From NCBI GenBank assembly GCA_963753435.1, contig CAVWCF010000001.1:352001-416000 (forward strand): a stretch of 64,000 bases of DNA, given 5' to 3'. Below the pieces are notes generated by a model, which saw only the letters and a list, made by a program, of their open reading frames with translations, did not search any database and was not told the origin of the DNA. Each line of letters opens with the position of its first letter. The first letter of the stretch is position 1. The DNA comes from an uncultured Actinomycetota bacterium (GTDB taxonomy: Bacteria > Actinomycetota > Actinomycetes > CAVWCF01). Positions 20,374 through 31,331 of the stretch are shown piece after piece. The position numbers and the translations under genes are program-made.

Positions 20374-21452
20374 CTGGCCACCTCCGCGTATGCCTGTCGA
20401 AGCATCCCCTCGTCTGTGACCGCAACAACGTCCGGCGCGCCGAGCTCTGGCAAGACGACGAAGCGCAGAGTTCGACCGCGAGCCTTCTTGTCGATGCGCA
20501 TGGCGTCCAGCAAGTCGTCCCAGCGGTCCATCGGATAGCCGACAGGCAAGTCCAAGGATCGCAGGATGTCGCGATGCCGTTTCTCGACGGCCGGGTCAAG
20601 TCCGTACCCGATGCGGCTCAGGGCGGCAGCGAACACCAGCCCGACGCTGACGGCGTCGCCGTGCCGCCACCGGTACGCCTCGACTCGTTCGATCGCGTGC
20701 CCCAACGTGTGCCCGTAGTTGAGGAACTCCCGGCGCACACCTTGAGTCGCCCGTTCGGTGAGGTCGGCGGCGACGACGGACGCCTTCACGGCGATGGCCC
20801 GCTCGATGAGTTGCTGGAGCAACGCGCGGGAGGTGGGCAGCTCCGTTGCCGGCACCCCCTCGATCAAGTCCAGGATCACCGGGTCCGCGATGAAGCCGGC
20901 CTTGACCACCTCGGCCATGCCGGCGGCCAAATCGGCGGTCGGCAGGCTGTCGAGGAAGTCGGGATCGACCACCACCGCGACCGGAGGATGAAAGGCGCCG
21001 ACCAGATTCTTGCCAGCCGCCGTATTGATCCCGGTCTTCCCGCCAATGGCCGCATCAACCATGCCCGCCAGCGTGGTCGGAACCTGGACGATGCCGATGC
21101 CGCGCAACCACGTTGCGGCCACGAACCCGGCCAAGTCGGTTGTCGCACCCCCGCCCAGACCGACGACGACATCACTCCTCGTGAAGCCGGCTTCGCCTAG
21201 GGCGGCCCAGCAGCGCTCGGCCACCTCGGCCGTCTTGGCGTGCTCCGCGTCCGGCAGATCGACGCGGAGGACCCGCCGACCGGCGCTCTGGAGTCGATCC
21301 GTGATGCGGGCGGCCGCAGCAGAGACCGCCGGGGCTGCCAGGACCGCCACCCGTGCTGCGGACTCCGGTACCGCGGCCAACACCGCAGCAGCCGCATCAA
21401 CACCGATCTGCACTTCGTAGGGCGCCGGCCCACCGACCTCGATTGTGGTCAC
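20370..21452 (-). CDS. aroB: 3-dehydroquinate synthase
   Basis: [47 protein letters not shown]; start reassigned to GTG 21452. Confidence 0.96.
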   Translation of the reverse strand: MTTIEVGGPAPYEVQIGVDAAAAVLAAVPESAARVAVLAAPAVSAAAARITDRLQSAGRRVLRVDLPDAEHAKTAEVAERCWAALGEAGFTRSDVVVGLGGGATTDLAGFVAATWLRGIGIVQVPTTLAGMVDAAIGGKTGINTAAGKNLVGAFHPPVAVVVDPDFLDSLPTADLAAGMAEVVKAGFIADPVILDLIEGVPATELPTSRALLQQLIERAIAVKASVVAADLTERATQGVRREFLNYGHTLGHAIERVEAYRWRHGDAVSVGLVFAAALSRIGYGLDPAVEKRHRDILRSLDLPVGYPMDRWDDLLDAMRIDKKARGRTLRFVVLPELGAPDVVAVTDEGMLRQAYAEVAR

Positions 21453-21958
21453 TTCAGGCCTCCGAGGGCAGTCAGCACCTCGTCGACCACTTGGTCCGGG
21501 GTCAACCCGTCCGTGGCCACCCGGACCGAAGCGATCCCGGCGTACAAGGGCTCGCGTTGGTCGGCCAGTTCCTTCCACTGTGCCCGCGGGTTGCCCAGCA
21601 ACAGCGGACGGTTTCGGTTGAACCCGACCCGATCGGCCGCGTCGGGCAGTTCCACCGACAGGAAGATCACCGTGTGGTCACGGAGCGCTGCCCGAGTGTC
21701 GTCATCCAAGACAGCACCACCGCCGAGTGCCAGCACCCCGTCATGGTCGCGTAAGGCGGCGGCAACGGCGTCGCGCTCGGCTTGCCGGAACACCGCTTCG
21801 CCATCGGCAACGAATATGTCCGCCACCGAACGTCCCATGGCCGTCTCAACGTCGGCATCGGTGTCCCGGAACTCTTCCCCCAGCCGCTGAGCCAGTAACC
21901 GCCCCACCGTCGTCTTGCCCGCACCCGGAGGACCCACGATCACCGCCACCGGCGGCAT
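21449..21958 (-). CDS. aroK: Shikimate kinase
   Basis: [26 protein letters not shown]. Confidence 0.96.
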   Translation of the reverse strand: MPPVAVIVGPPGAGKTTVGRLLAQRLGEEFRDTDADVETAMGRSVADIFVADGEAVFRQAERDAVAAALRDHDGVLALGGGAVLDDDTRAALRDHTVIFLSVELPDAADRVGFNRNRPLLLGNPRAQWKELADQREPLYAGIASVRVATDGLTPDQVVDEVLTALGGLK

Positions 21959-23137
21959 TCAGCGCACCACCAGCGAATTCAGGTACCCGTTCAGATTGCG
22001 GGTCACCTCGGCGACGGAGTCGCCACCGAACTTCTCCAGCACCGCGTCGGCAAGCACGAGGGCCACCATCGCTTCGGCAACCACACCGGCGGCGGGAACA
22101 GCGCAGACATCGGAGCGTTGGTTGATGGCCTTGGCCGGTTCGCCGGTGGCGACGTCGACCGTGTCCAAAGCACGGGGCACGGTGGAGATGGGCTTCATCG
22201 CGGCTCGAACGCGCAGCGTCTCGCCGGTGCTCATGCCGCCCTCGGTGCCCCCGGAGCGTCCTGTGCGCCGTCGGATGCCGTCCGGCCCCGGTTCCATCTC
22301 GTCATGGGCCTGCGAGCCGAGCATGCGGGCAATCGCGAAACCGTCGCCGACCTCAACGCCCTTGATCGCCTGAATCCCCATCAGAGCCGCAGCAAGTCGC
22401 GCGTCGAGTCGACGGTCGGAGTGAACGTGGCTGCCCAGTCCCGGCGGCAACCCCGTCACCACCACCTCGACGATCCCGCCCAGGGTGTCCCCCGCCAACT
22501 TTGCGGCCTCGACCTCCGCCTGCATGGCGGTTGAGGTCTCCGGGTCCAGGCAGCGCGCCGGGTCAGCGTCGATTCGCGCGCCGTCCTCGGCCCCCGGGAC
22601 GGTGCCGTCCGGCACCTGCACTGAGCCAAGGGCGACAACGTGGGAGAGAACTTCGGCCCCGAGCGCCTGTCGCAGGAAAGCACGGGCAACGGCACCAAGC
22701 GCGACCCGGGTCGCGGTCTCGCGGGCGCTGGCCCGCTCAAGGATCGGTCGGGCATCGGTGAGCGAGTACTTCTGCATGCCGGCCAGGTCGGCGTGACCGG
22801 GCCGGGGCCGGGTCAACGGTGCGTTCCGGGCCTGGGCGGCCAGCAGGTCGGCGTCCACCGGGTCCGCGGACATGACCGTCTCCCACTTGGGCCATTCAGT
22901 GTTGTTGACCCTGATGGCGATGGGCGAACCCATCGTCACCCCGTGTCGAACGCCCCCAAGGACGTCGATCTCGTCCTGCTCGAACTTCATCCGAGCCCCT
23001 CGGCCCACCCCGAGGCGGCGCCGGGCCAAGTCGTCAGCGATGTCCCCGGACTGAACCGAGACGCCGGCGGGCATCCCTTCCAGGATGCCGACCAGGGCCG
23101 GGCCGTGCGACTCCCCCGCAGTAAGCCAACGCAGCAT
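21959..23137 (-). CDS. aroC: Chorismate synthase
   Basis: [40 protein letters not shown]. Confidence 0.98.
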   Translation of the reverse strand: MLRWLTAGESHGPALVGILEGMPAGVSVQSGDIADDLARRRLGVGRGARMKFEQDEIDVLGGVRHGVTMGSPIAIRVNNTEWPKWETVMSADPVDADLLAAQARNAPLTRPRPGHADLAGMQKYSLTDARPILERASARETATRVALGAVARAFLRQALGAEVLSHVVALGSVQVPDGTVPGAEDGARIDADPARCLDPETSTAMQAEVEAAKLAGDTLGGIVEVVVTGLPPGLGSHVHSDRRLDARLAAALMGIQAIKGVEVGDGFAIARMLGSQAHDEMEPGPDGIRRRTGRSGGTEGGMSTGETLRVRAAMKPISTVPRALDTVDVATGEPAKAINQRSDVCAVPAAGVVAEAMVALVLADAVLEKFGGDSVAEVTRNLNGYLNSLVVR

Positions 23138-23159
23138 GGGTGCGATCTTCCCATGACGC

Positions 23160-23194
23160 GAGGAAGCCGCCGCCCATAGGGCGACGGCTTCCTC
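23160..23194 (-). terminator. Hairpin ending the pilMNO operon before aroC
   Basis: Plus-strand GAGGAAGCCGCCGCCC-ATA-GGGCGACGGCTTCCTC; the single mismatch is a G-U pair on the minus-strand RNA. Confidence 0.75.
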
Positions 23195-23206
23195 AGCGGA
23201 TCTGGT

Positions 23207-23809
23207 TCAGCGGCTGACGGTGATGGTGTCCCCCTCGCAACCGCCCACGGCCTGATCCCCGTAGAGGAACCCGGCGCAGGCCGGCGCGAAGATGCCGTAG
23301 ACCTTGTAGAACTCGCCGAAGGGCGAGCCCACGGTCAACCCGTTGAACGTCTGCCCGTCCACGCTCACGCTGACCGACGTGCCGTCGTCGGCCACCTGAA
23401 GCACAGTCAGCGAGGCGGTCGCGGTCGCGGCCTCGCCCGTCGCCGTGGTTCCAGGCGCTGCCGCATCACCAGTCGTGGACTCGGCTGCCGCCGGCTCCTG
23501 CTCCTGGATGAGTGGCTTGAACGGATCGGTACCAACGGCCCCGTTGAAGACCGGGGGTTCCACGGCCTCGGGGGCAGGCGCCGCCTCGGCCGGGGCTTCT
23601 TCCACCGGGGCCGCGGGGGCCTGAGCCTGCGGCTCCGGCTCCGACGACCCGCTGAAGAAGAGGAAGTAGGCAGCCGCGGCGATCAAGACCACTCCCAGCA
23701 ACGCCACCAGCAGGATCGCTGGCCGACGCGAACTGGTCTCTTCGTTGTCTTCGAACACCGGCGGCTCGGCGACGGCGACATCGCCACTGCCCGGGAACTC
23801 GTTCGACAT
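23207..23809 (-). CDS. Single-TM hypothetical protein at the PilP position of the pil operon
   Basis: Strong RBS (GAGGAGAGG), one TM, Pro/Ala/Glu linker, DPF motif, C-terminal beta domain with two Cys; follows pilO. Confidence 0.75.
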   Translation of the reverse strand: MSNEFPGSGDVAVAEPPVFEDNEETSSRRPAILLVALLGVVLIAAAAYFLFFSGSSEPEPQAQAPAAPVEEAPAEAAPAPEAVEPPVFNGAVGTDPFKPLIQEQEPAAAESTTGDAAAPGTTATGEAATATASLTVLQVADDGTSVSVSVDGQTFNGLTVGSPFGEFYKVYGIFAPACAGFLYGDQAVGGCEGDTITVSR

Positions 23810-23823
23810 GTCCTCTCCTCCGC

Positions 23824-24510
23824 TCAGCTGGCCGCGAGCGCGGCGTCGGCTTGGGCCTGGGTCATGTAGACCTGGGCGGTGATGGTCGCCTCGAGTTCTC
23901 CGGTGACGGAGTCCTCTTCGCTGGCCGGGACGATTGAGATCCCGGTGATGAGCATGGCGCGGGTCAGGTCCTCGGCCTTGTTTACGAACTGCTCAACGTC
24001 GAAGTAGGAGCCCGACACCAGCATCGTGAGCGGGATCGCCACCAACGCTTCGCCCGGTTCGGCGGTTGCCTCGGTACCGGTTGCGGTGGCCTCGGACGTC
24101 GAACTCTCAGTGGCCGCCCCCTCTTCGCCTTCGGTGGTGGTGGGTTCAGTTGCCACCGCCGCCTCCACGACTGCCGTTGGCTCCTCCCGGGTCAACGAGA
24201 CCAGCGTTACGCCGGACTTGCCGGCAACGTCGGTCAGGGACCGGATCAGCGCCGGCAATTGCGGGGCCTCCGGCACCTGGGTGCGGATCTCAGCCAGACG
24301 AGCCTGCTGAGTGGGCAGGTCGGCCGCCTGTGCCTCCAGCTGCTTGATCTTGACCTGCAGGGTGGCGTTCTGCTCCTGGGCGACTGTCGTCTGGTCCTTC
24401 AGGTCGGCGGCTTCGGTGCGCTTGGGGTTCACCAGTCCGAACCAGCCGGCGGCGAAGACCGCTGCGACCAGCAGGACGGCGATCAGCGTGTACTTGCGAG
24501 TGATGGTCAT
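23824..24510 (-). CDS. pilO: Type IV pilus assembly protein PilO
   Basis: N-terminal TM, coiled coil, P...LP.LI..L...A..SGV, VSGSYFDVEQFV..E...R; position after pilN. Confidence 0.85.
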   Translation of the reverse strand: MTITRKYTLIAVLLVAAVFAAGWFGLVNPKRTEAADLKDQTTVAQEQNATLQVKIKQLEAQAADLPTQQARLAEIRTQVPEAPQLPALIRSLTDVAGKSGVTLVSLTREEPTAVVEAAVATEPTTTEGEEGAATESSTSEATATGTEATAEPGEALVAIPLTMLVSGSYFDVEQFVNKAEDLTRAMLITGISIVPASEEDSVTGELEATITAQVYMTQAQADAALAAS

Positions 24511-24511
24511 G

Positions 24512-25246
24512 TCAGTTCCCACCCTGCTCGGTGTAGCGGCCGGAGTAGGCCTGGTCGGTGACCGTCACCGACGAAGTCGAACGGACGGCGGTCACACCGG
24601 TGCCTTCCACTTCTTCAGCGACCGAGGTGCTGAATTCAGGGTCGGCGTAGGCCGGCTGCTTGGTGAGGCTGTCCAGCCAGGTGGCCACGTCGTTGTGCTC
24701 CAGGGCGAAGCCCTCGAAGGTGACGGTGGCGATACCGGGGGCACCGAACGTGCCCGTGACCGGCGCCGTAGCCGGGTCCAGCGGAACGGTGCCCGGCTCG
24801 GGTGCTCCAGCCACCACCGGGGCGAACGGCTGGGCAATCACCAGGCTGTCCAACCAGACCCGATTCGGGATGGTCAGGCTCAGGTCGTTCAGCAGGAACG
24901 AGAACCGCACTTCCTGGCTCATGGCCTGGGTCAACTGCGTCTCGGCTGCAGCCACCTGGGCGTAAACCTTGGGTACCTCGGAGAACTCGGCGACGCGCGC
25001 CTGCAACGTGGCGGTCACCGCCTGCGCGGCGGCCAGGTCATCAGCTGCCTGGTTCGCCTGAGCCGCGGCACCGGTGTACAGCAAACCGACGCCTACGGCC
25101 GCGGCAATCCCGGCGCCGACCACGACCAGTCGAAGTTGGCGCTTGCGCGCCGCCTCGGCGATCTCGGGCGGTAGCAGGTTCACTCGCGGCATCGCCGCCA
25201 CCTGCGTGACCAGCGATGTGCTGGTCGCTTCCGTCATGACGCTCAT
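24512..25246 (-). CDS. pilN: Type IV pilus assembly protein PilN
   Basis: VNLLP PilM-binding motif, TM, coiled coil, L.DL...IP..VWL, G.A.....VA.W...L. Confidence 0.9.
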   Translation of the reverse strand: MSVMTEATSTSLVTQVAAMPRVNLLPPEIAEAARKRQLRLVVVGAGIAAAVGVGLLYTGAAAQANQAADDLAAAQAVTATLQARVAEFSEVPKVYAQVAAAETQLTQAMSQEVRFSFLLNDLSLTIPNRVWLDSLVIAQPFAPVVAGAPEPGTVPLDPATAPVTGTFGAPGIATVTFEGFALEHNDVATWLDSLTKQPAYADPEFSTSVAEEVEGTGVTAVRSTSSVTVTDQAYSGRYTEQGGN

Positions 25247-26304
25247 GCGGCGGCTCCCAAGGCCAGACCGACCGGCACGACGGCCAGCCGCTCGACGAAC
25301 TGGATCTGCTCCGGGGTGAGCCCGGTGTCGCCGACGCGAATCGCGGCGAACGGCGAACCCGTGTCGACCGGCAGGCGGCAGCTTTCGCTGAGTCGCTCAG
25401 CCAGGCCGGAGAGCCGGCTGCCGCCACCGGTGAAGGTGATGCGGGAGATCGGCGCACTCGGCCAGGAAGCGCTGAAGTAGTCCAGCGAACCGCGCACCTC
25501 GTCGACGAATGTGTTTGCGGCGGACTCCAGGACTCGGGCTGCCGCTTGCCGGTCCATGCCGGCCTCGGCGCCACCGGTGAGTCCGATCTGCTGCTTGATG
25601 GCTTCGGCCTGCTCGCGCGGAACACCCATGCGCTCCGCCACTGCTTCGGTGAGGTCGGAACCGCCCAGTAGCAGGATGCGAATGAACCGCGGCACGCCGT
25701 TCTCGTGAACCACGATGTTGGTTACGCGGGCACCGACGTCGACGAGAGCCTCGACCCGGCCGGACCCGGCTTCCATGCCGGCAAGGGACCGAAGGACCGC
25801 GAACGAGGACAGGTCCACCACGGTCGGCGTCAAGTCCGCGGCCTGCACGGCCTCGATCGAACGCGCAACCATGTCGCGGGAGGCGGCCACCAGCAGGCCC
25901 CGAACCAGTCGGGTCCCTTCGTTGGAGACCACGTCCTCAAGGGGCGTGAAGTCGAGCACTGCCTGATCGATGGGCATGGGCACGTAGTCGGCGACCTGGA
26001 ATCCCAGCGACGACTTCAGCTCATCCAGCGGCATCCACGGCAGATCGACCTGCCGAACGATCACCTTCTGGTTTGCCACCCCAAGGATCACCTTGCGGCT
26101 GGAGAACTTGGTTCCCTCCCACAGCTGCTTCAGTGCGGCGGCGACGGCGTTGGGGTCCATCACCTCGCCGTCGCGCACGGCTCCGTCGGGCAGGGCCACC
26201 TGGCCAAACTTCTCCAGGCTTACCTGTCCCTTGTTGAGCGCCAACTCGGCAGCTCGGACGCCGGAGGTGCCGATGTCCAGCCCGATGGCGGTTCGTCCTG
26301 CCAC
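25243..26304 (-). CDS. pilM: Type IV pilus assembly protein PilM (actin-like)
   Basis: IGLDIGTSGVRAAE, LVDVGA..T, EVRGSLDYF, FTGGGSRL.GL. Confidence 0.94.
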   Translation of the reverse strand: MAGRTAIGLDIGTSGVRAAELALNKGQVSLEKFGQVALPDGAVRDGEVMDPNAVAAALKQLWEGTKFSSRKVILGVANQKVIVRQVDLPWMPLDELKSSLGFQVADYVPMPIDQAVLDFTPLEDVVSNEGTRLVRGLLVAASRDMVARSIEAVQAADLTPTVVDLSSFAVLRSLAGMEAGSGRVEALVDVGARVTNIVVHENGVPRFIRILLLGGSDLTEAVAERMGVPREQAEAIKQQIGLTGGAEAGMDRQAAARVLESAANTFVDEVRGSLDYFSASWPSAPISRITFTGGGSRLSGLAERLSESCRLPVDTGSPFAAIRVGDTGLTPEQIQFVERLAVVPVGLALGAAA

Positions 26305-26366
26305 GGCTCTTCCCCTCGTTCACGGCTCGCGCCGGTCCATCTCGCCCGAAGGCGATGTCAAGGGGT

Positions 26367-26395
26367 GTGTCGGCGTCACGAGGCCGTTCCTTGAG
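26367..26395 (-). promoter_or_regulatory. Sigma-28 (WhiG/FliA)-type promoter for pilM
   Basis: CTCAAG-N15-GCCGACAC. Confidence 0.75.
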
Positions 26396-26404
26396 CGCCG
26401 AACG

Positions 26405-27184
26405 TCAGCTGAGGAGGCCGCCGTACCAGTCCGCGATGGCCTGGCCGAAGAAGATGGCCAGAAATGCCCCGATGATCATGCTCGGGCCGAACGGGAGCAT
26501 GGTCTTGCGGCCGGCACCACGGAACAGGATCAGCGCGATGCCGAGCAGGCCACCCACGAGGAACCCGAGGAACCCGCCGATGATGAGGATTCCCCAACCG
26601 AGGTAGCCCAGGTACATGCCGAGAACGCCCGCCAGCTTCACGTCCCCGAAGCCCATTCCGGCCGGGTAGATGAGGGCCAGCAGGAAGTAGAACGCGAACA
26701 GGGCCAGGCCGCCGCCGGCGACGCGCAGGATTGTCTCCGCCTCCCCGTTGAGCAGCGCAGCCCCGGCCAGCAGGACGAAAGCCACGGGGTAGGACGGCAA
26801 CACGATGGCATTCGGTAGGCGGCGCGTGTCCAGATCGATGGCGGACAGCGCCACGCCGATGGCCGCCAGGTACAGGTAGGCCGGCAGCGCCCAGTCCCAG
26901 CCGAACCGCAGAGCCACAAGGCCGAACAGAACGGCCGTGCCCGCCTCGACCAGGGGGTAGCGAATGCTGATGGGCCGCGCACAATTTCGGCATTGCCCAC
27001 GCAACACCAGCCAGGAGATGACCGGGATGTTGTCGCGAGGAGCGATCTCCGTCCCGCAGCCCGGACACCGGGACCTCGGCCGAACAACCGACTCCCCCGC
27101 CGGTACTCGGTGGATGACAACGTTCAGGAACGAGCCGATCAGCAGCCCGATCACGACGCAGAACGTCACCAACACAGCGGTCAT
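26405..27184 (-). CDS. pilD: Prepilin peptidase/N-methyltransferase
   Basis: GSFLNVVIHRVP, CxxC pairs (CPGC, CRNC), RYPLVE, ID, GMGFGDVKL, PFGP. Confidence 0.96.
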   Translation of the reverse strand: MTAVLVTFCVVIGLLIGSFLNVVIHRVPAGESVVRPRSRCPGCGTEIAPRDNIPVISWLVLRGQCRNCARPISIRYPLVEAGTAVLFGLVALRFGWDWALPAYLYLAAIGVALSAIDLDTRRLPNAIVLPSYPVAFVLLAGAALLNGEAETILRVAGGGLALFAFYFLLALIYPAGMGFGDVKLAGVLGMYLGYLGWGILIIGGFLGFLVGGLLGIALILFRGAGRKTMLPFGPSMIIGAFLAIFFGQAIADWYGGLLS

Positions 27185-27243
27185 CGCGGATGGACCCTAG
27201 GCGCGCTCCAGGTGACGGTGAACGACCGACACTCGGGGCACCG

Positions 27244-28640
27244 TCAGTTCGGGTTCAACTCCAACCACTGGGTTGTCCGAATGATCGACAGGAGGGGGAC
27301 TTCGACGTCCTCGTCGTAGTTGACGACTGCGTTCTTCACCTCGTTGCGGTCAGAGTCCGCCGGGCAACCCGAACTGGGAGCGTGGTTGCGGTCATTGGCG
27401 ATGACCGTGCCCGTGATGCCGTTCGAAGAGGTTTCCAGTTTGATCTGGTTGCCCGCGCCGAACAGCCCGATCCCACCTTCGAAGTTCGAAGTCACCTCGA
27501 GGTCGTCGTCGGCTACGAACACAACGCCCGGAAGGGCAGCGGCTTGGATACCGACCAGTTTGGCCGTGACCTTGCCGCCCTTCATGTAGCAACGGTCGGG
27601 GGGGCCGCCAGACGGTGCGCCTTCGGCGATCACCGTTGCCGCGGCCACGTTGGTGTTGCGGTCCAACTCCGCGTCGCCCTGGTACACGTAGTAGATGCCG
27701 CTACCCCAAGAGGTGGATCGCATCTCCCACAACGGTGCGGTCGTTCCGCTTCCAGGGGTGTACCCCCAGCCGCGGAACGTTCCACCGCCACTGACACGTT
27801 CCCGTTCAGGGCTGTGGCGCCGGTACATGGCGTGGCGGCGGGTTTCGCGCGATCCCGTCAGGACACAGGTCGTACCAACTGCCGTTGTAGCTGGTGGCGA
27901 AAGTCTCGTACATGAAACGCGGGTTGATCTCGGGCACGTACTCAAGTTGGTTGACTTGCCGCCGGAACCAGCGTCACCGACGGATCCGCAGACGCTGTAG
28001 GAGCCGACCGACGTCACGGTGCCGTTGACTGTCTGCGAGCAACCAGTACCGGCGGCTGAGCCGTTCGTGTGGACGTTGGCCTTGCCGCCAATCACTCCAG
28101 CGTCACATCCACGGTCACCGAGGACGAGAAGGCCAGGTCACCCGACGTCAGGATCGCGCTGCCCGGCTTGTACGGAGCGAAGAGGTACTCGGCCTTGAGC
28201 ATGCGGACATCGGAGTTGGCGGCCGCTCGGCTGGGGAACCACCCCATCGAGTACACACGTTGCGGTTGCGCCGGCCGGATCGATACGTAGTCACCGGACC
28301 AGTGCTCACCAGGTCGCCACCGTCGGCGGCCGCGAGCAGACTGTCACGAGCCCACGTGCGCTCATCCTCCTCGGACTGGCGGAGTGACTCCACGGCGCAT
28401 TCGGTCCGCACTGAAGGAGTTATCGGCCTGCAGTTCGGCCAGTGCGTCATCAATCCCTGCTTCGGCCGTCTGCAGCGATCTCCGACTTGAAGCGCGACAT
28501 GGCTGGCGCTGCTTCGGAGCGCACCGGTCGCGATCGCAACCATCACCGACATCAGACCGGTGGCTGCCACAGTGATCCAGAGCACGGTCAGCATGGCGAT
28601 ACCGCGATCTTCGACGGAGGCGGCGCTGCATCCGGGTCAT
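27244..28640 (-). CDS. PilX-like large minor pilin, multiply frameshifted
   Basis: Fragments reassemble to MTRMQRRL...RG|IAMLTVLWITVAATGL...A...AEAGIDDALAEL (PilX-type, no E5), followed by a beta-rich C-terminal domain ending WLELNPN. Confidence 0.65.
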
Positions 28641-28654
28641 GTGCTCTCCCAGGC

Positions 28655-29211
28655 TCAGGCGACGTCGTCGACGTTGCGAAGACGTTCGGCGAAATAGAGA
28701 TGCGAGTCGTGGTTGCCAGTGCCCGACGAACGCGTCGTAGTTCGAGTGCCGTCTCGACCAGACGGGTGTCCGGCGCCGGACGTCGTATGAGAACGCGATC
28801 TCGTTGACCAGGCTGCGCGCCTCAACGACTGTCGAAGTGCTTGAACCTTGCATACGCACCACGTCGAAGTGGTCCGGGATCCCCAGCGATCGCGCGTAGG
28901 CGCCCACTCCACCGACTCGTCGGCTTCGCGGCGATAGTTGGAGTTGTAGTCGATCCACAAGCACGAGCATGCTGGGGTGGCGCCGGCGTCGACGCCGCGG
29001 GCGTTGCGAATGTCCCGACCCAGCCGCTCCGACACCTTGCGGACGTCGGCCAGGCCGGTGGCCTCGTCATCGACCTGCGTCTTGGACCGCGCCATGACCG
29101 TGAAGGAAGTGACGGTTATGGCGCTGTGAAGGACAGCAGCAGCATCGTTACCATCAATTCGACGAGCGTGACACCTTCATCAGCACGCATTCGAGACAGC
29201 CGGGCAATCAT
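28655..29211 (-). CDS. PilW-like minor pilin, frameshifted
   Basis: Manual translation from ATG 29211: MIARLSRMRADEG|VTLVELMVTMLLL; continues in another frame ...ERLGRDIRNA...; ATGA overlap with the upstream gene. Confidence 0.7.
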
Positions 29212-30838
29212 TGCGGGATCACCAGCGAACTCGGCGCGGAAGCCCAGTCGTAGGCCACACGCACGGCGGTCGGCGCTCGCCCGGGAGGGTGGCGCGCATG
29301 ACCAAGTACTTGTTCTTGGTGACCGAGAAGTTGCTTGCGATCGTAACGGGACAATAAGGGCGCGAATGTGGAGTTGCAGTCATACAGCGTGGCGGTGCCA
29401 GTGCCTTCGCTGCCGAAGTGAGCCCAACGAGCGGAGTTCGCCGTGCCCGACGCCACATCGACAGTCAGTGCCCCCGCAGTCGGCATCAGGCAACCGATGT
29501 AGAGCGTCACGACCGCCGTACCCGCTGTGAAGTTCTCCTTGACAGGTGCCTGATAGCGCCAGTCGGCGACGCGGTCTCCGGTTGGTCTCCGTGGTCACGG
29601 CACCACCCTTGTTCAGGTAGCGCCCGTACGCGCCGGGCTTCCCCACCGAGTAGTCGTGGGCGGCGGCTTGGAGCGAACCGTTTGGTCCACGGTGGAGTGT
29701 TGCCCCGTTGTTCGCGTGGGAGCCCCCGGGCTGTTCGTGCAAGTAGTAGGTCGGGAAGGAGCAGGCCGGAACCACACTGCGCGGTGGGTAGCGGCCACGG
29801 ATCCTGCGTCTTGCCCGGTGCTACGGTCGAAGTCGGCGACGGCGACGGAGTTGGACTGACCGTACCGGTGGGTGTCGGCGACGGCAGCGGGCCCGATGCC
29901 GTAGACATGGTCAGCGACAGCGGCAGCGGCCGCGGCGCTTGCTGCGGCGGGCTGACGGCTGGACAACCTCCAGTCACCGTTCCACGTCCCGGTCGAGCTC
30001 GGTGCGGTCGCGACGCCAAGGAAGAAGTCGTCCGCATTGACTTCGACTGGGCCCGTGTCCACGCGTCCGTCGCCGTCGGTGTCGGTGAGCGCGATCATGT
30101 CCAGAGGCATCCTTAGCGCCGTCACCGTTGAGGTCCTGGTAGTAGGTAAAGGTCATCCCAAAGCCGGCCCATCGATGTTCCAGGCGTCGCGCGCTCCGTA
30201 GTTGTGGACTTTGAAGCCGTACACGACCTCGGTGCCCGGCCCCGCGTAATCGACGCGGACGATGTCGGCTCGAGAACGAGAACCGCGGCAACGGCAGGCC
30301 GCGACGAGTTTCGGTCACCAGCGTGGAGATCTGCTGGGTCTGTCGTCTGTCCGCCGCACGGACCACTCGACGACGATGGTGAGCTCGCCGGGTGTCAGTG
30401 GCGTAGCCAGCCGGTGATGTGACGTAGGTGGACATCGTGTACTCGGTGGCGTCGTGGTCTCCTGCGTGATGTGCGGGTTCAGCGGCTCGTCATACCGGTG
30501 GGCAGGATAGATCAGGGTTCCGGCCATCCCGGTGCCTGGATCGAAGGTGTTGCTGACGTTCGGCGATCTGAGGATCGTGCCGTCCGCGTCGGAGTGCGCC
30601 ATGTTGATGAAGACCAGCGCCCGCATCGTCTCGGTCGATTGAACGTCATGTCGACGGCCATCTGGTTCTGGCGGGCAGTCAGACCGCCCTTCAGCGCCAT
30701 CATCGTGGCGGCGGCCAGCGACATGAAGACGAACGCCGCGATCGAGAGTGCGATGACGGTCTCGATCAGCGTGAAGCCGGCAGTCGCGCGGCCGGAGATG
30801 CGGGACCGCAGACGATTGACGATTCGGGTCGCAGTCAC
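29208..30838 (-). CDS. Large modular minor pilin (PilV-like N-terminus plus putative adhesin domains), multiply frameshifted
   Basis: AAGGAG RBS, GTG 30838, G|FTLIETVIALSI; later fragments include DLNGDG, DTDGDG and a PT-rich linker, ending SSLVIPQ*. Confidence 0.65.
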
Positions 30839-31231
30839 GGGCACACTCCTTGTAGTGGACGGCCGGACAGCGAATCGAAGTACCAGGACTCGGCCTAGCA
30901 GCGCATGGTCGGCTTCGACGCAGTAGCCGGTGATGTCGGCGCGGCTGACGATCAACGTCACGTTCTCGGACCCGTTGCCGATCTCGCCTTGGATGTCCGC
31001 AAGCGTCATCCCGGTGAAGTCCCCTCGCTGCGCGACAGACCAGCTCTCTGCGCCGGTGGCGGCAGCCTTCAAGTCGTTCTGGAGTGCCGCGCGCCAGCCG
31101 TTCTCCCGCTGGTTCAGGAAGGCGGGGATCGCGATGGCCGCCAGGATCCCGATGATGATCATGACGACGAGGAGCTCGATGAGGGTGAACCCGCCATCGT
31201 CCCCGCCGGCGGGTGGCTGCAGCCGTCGCAT
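30835..31231 (-). CDS. pilA: Second type IV pilin, paralogue of the major pilin; one frameshift near 30892
   Basis: GG|FTLIELLVVMIIIGILAAIAIPAFLNQRENGW; the shifted frame gives ESWYFDSLSGRPLQGVCP*, matching the paralogue's ENWNYQSNVGTPQDGACP*. Confidence 0.85.
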
Positions 31232-31238
31232 GCCGCGT

Positions 31239-31268
31239 TCATCGGCACTAATACGCCCCGCACTTGAC
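31239..31268 (-). promoter_or_regulatory. Sigma-28-type promoter, probably leaderless, for the second pilin and minor pilins
   Basis: GTCAAG-N16-GCCGATGA, 7 nt before ATG 31231; no RBS. Confidence 0.65.
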
Positions 31269-31279
31269 TGCGACAAATG

Positions 31280-31313
31280 AGTGAGGGGCGACCCTTTCGG
31301 GCCGCCCCTCACT
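31280..31313 (-). terminator. Terminator after the major pilin
   Basis: Minus strand AGTGAGGGGCGGCCC-GAAA-GGGTCGCCCCTCACT. Confidence 0.82.
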
Positions 31314-31331
31314 TCAGGGTGTATCAGGCGA

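Noticed and set aside
30512-31312. 266-aa ORF with two prepilin motifs (tandem pilin fusion)
   Set aside because: Artefact of a frameshift near 30892; the alternative frame restores the paralogous GVCP* end, and an RBS plus GTG starts the next gene
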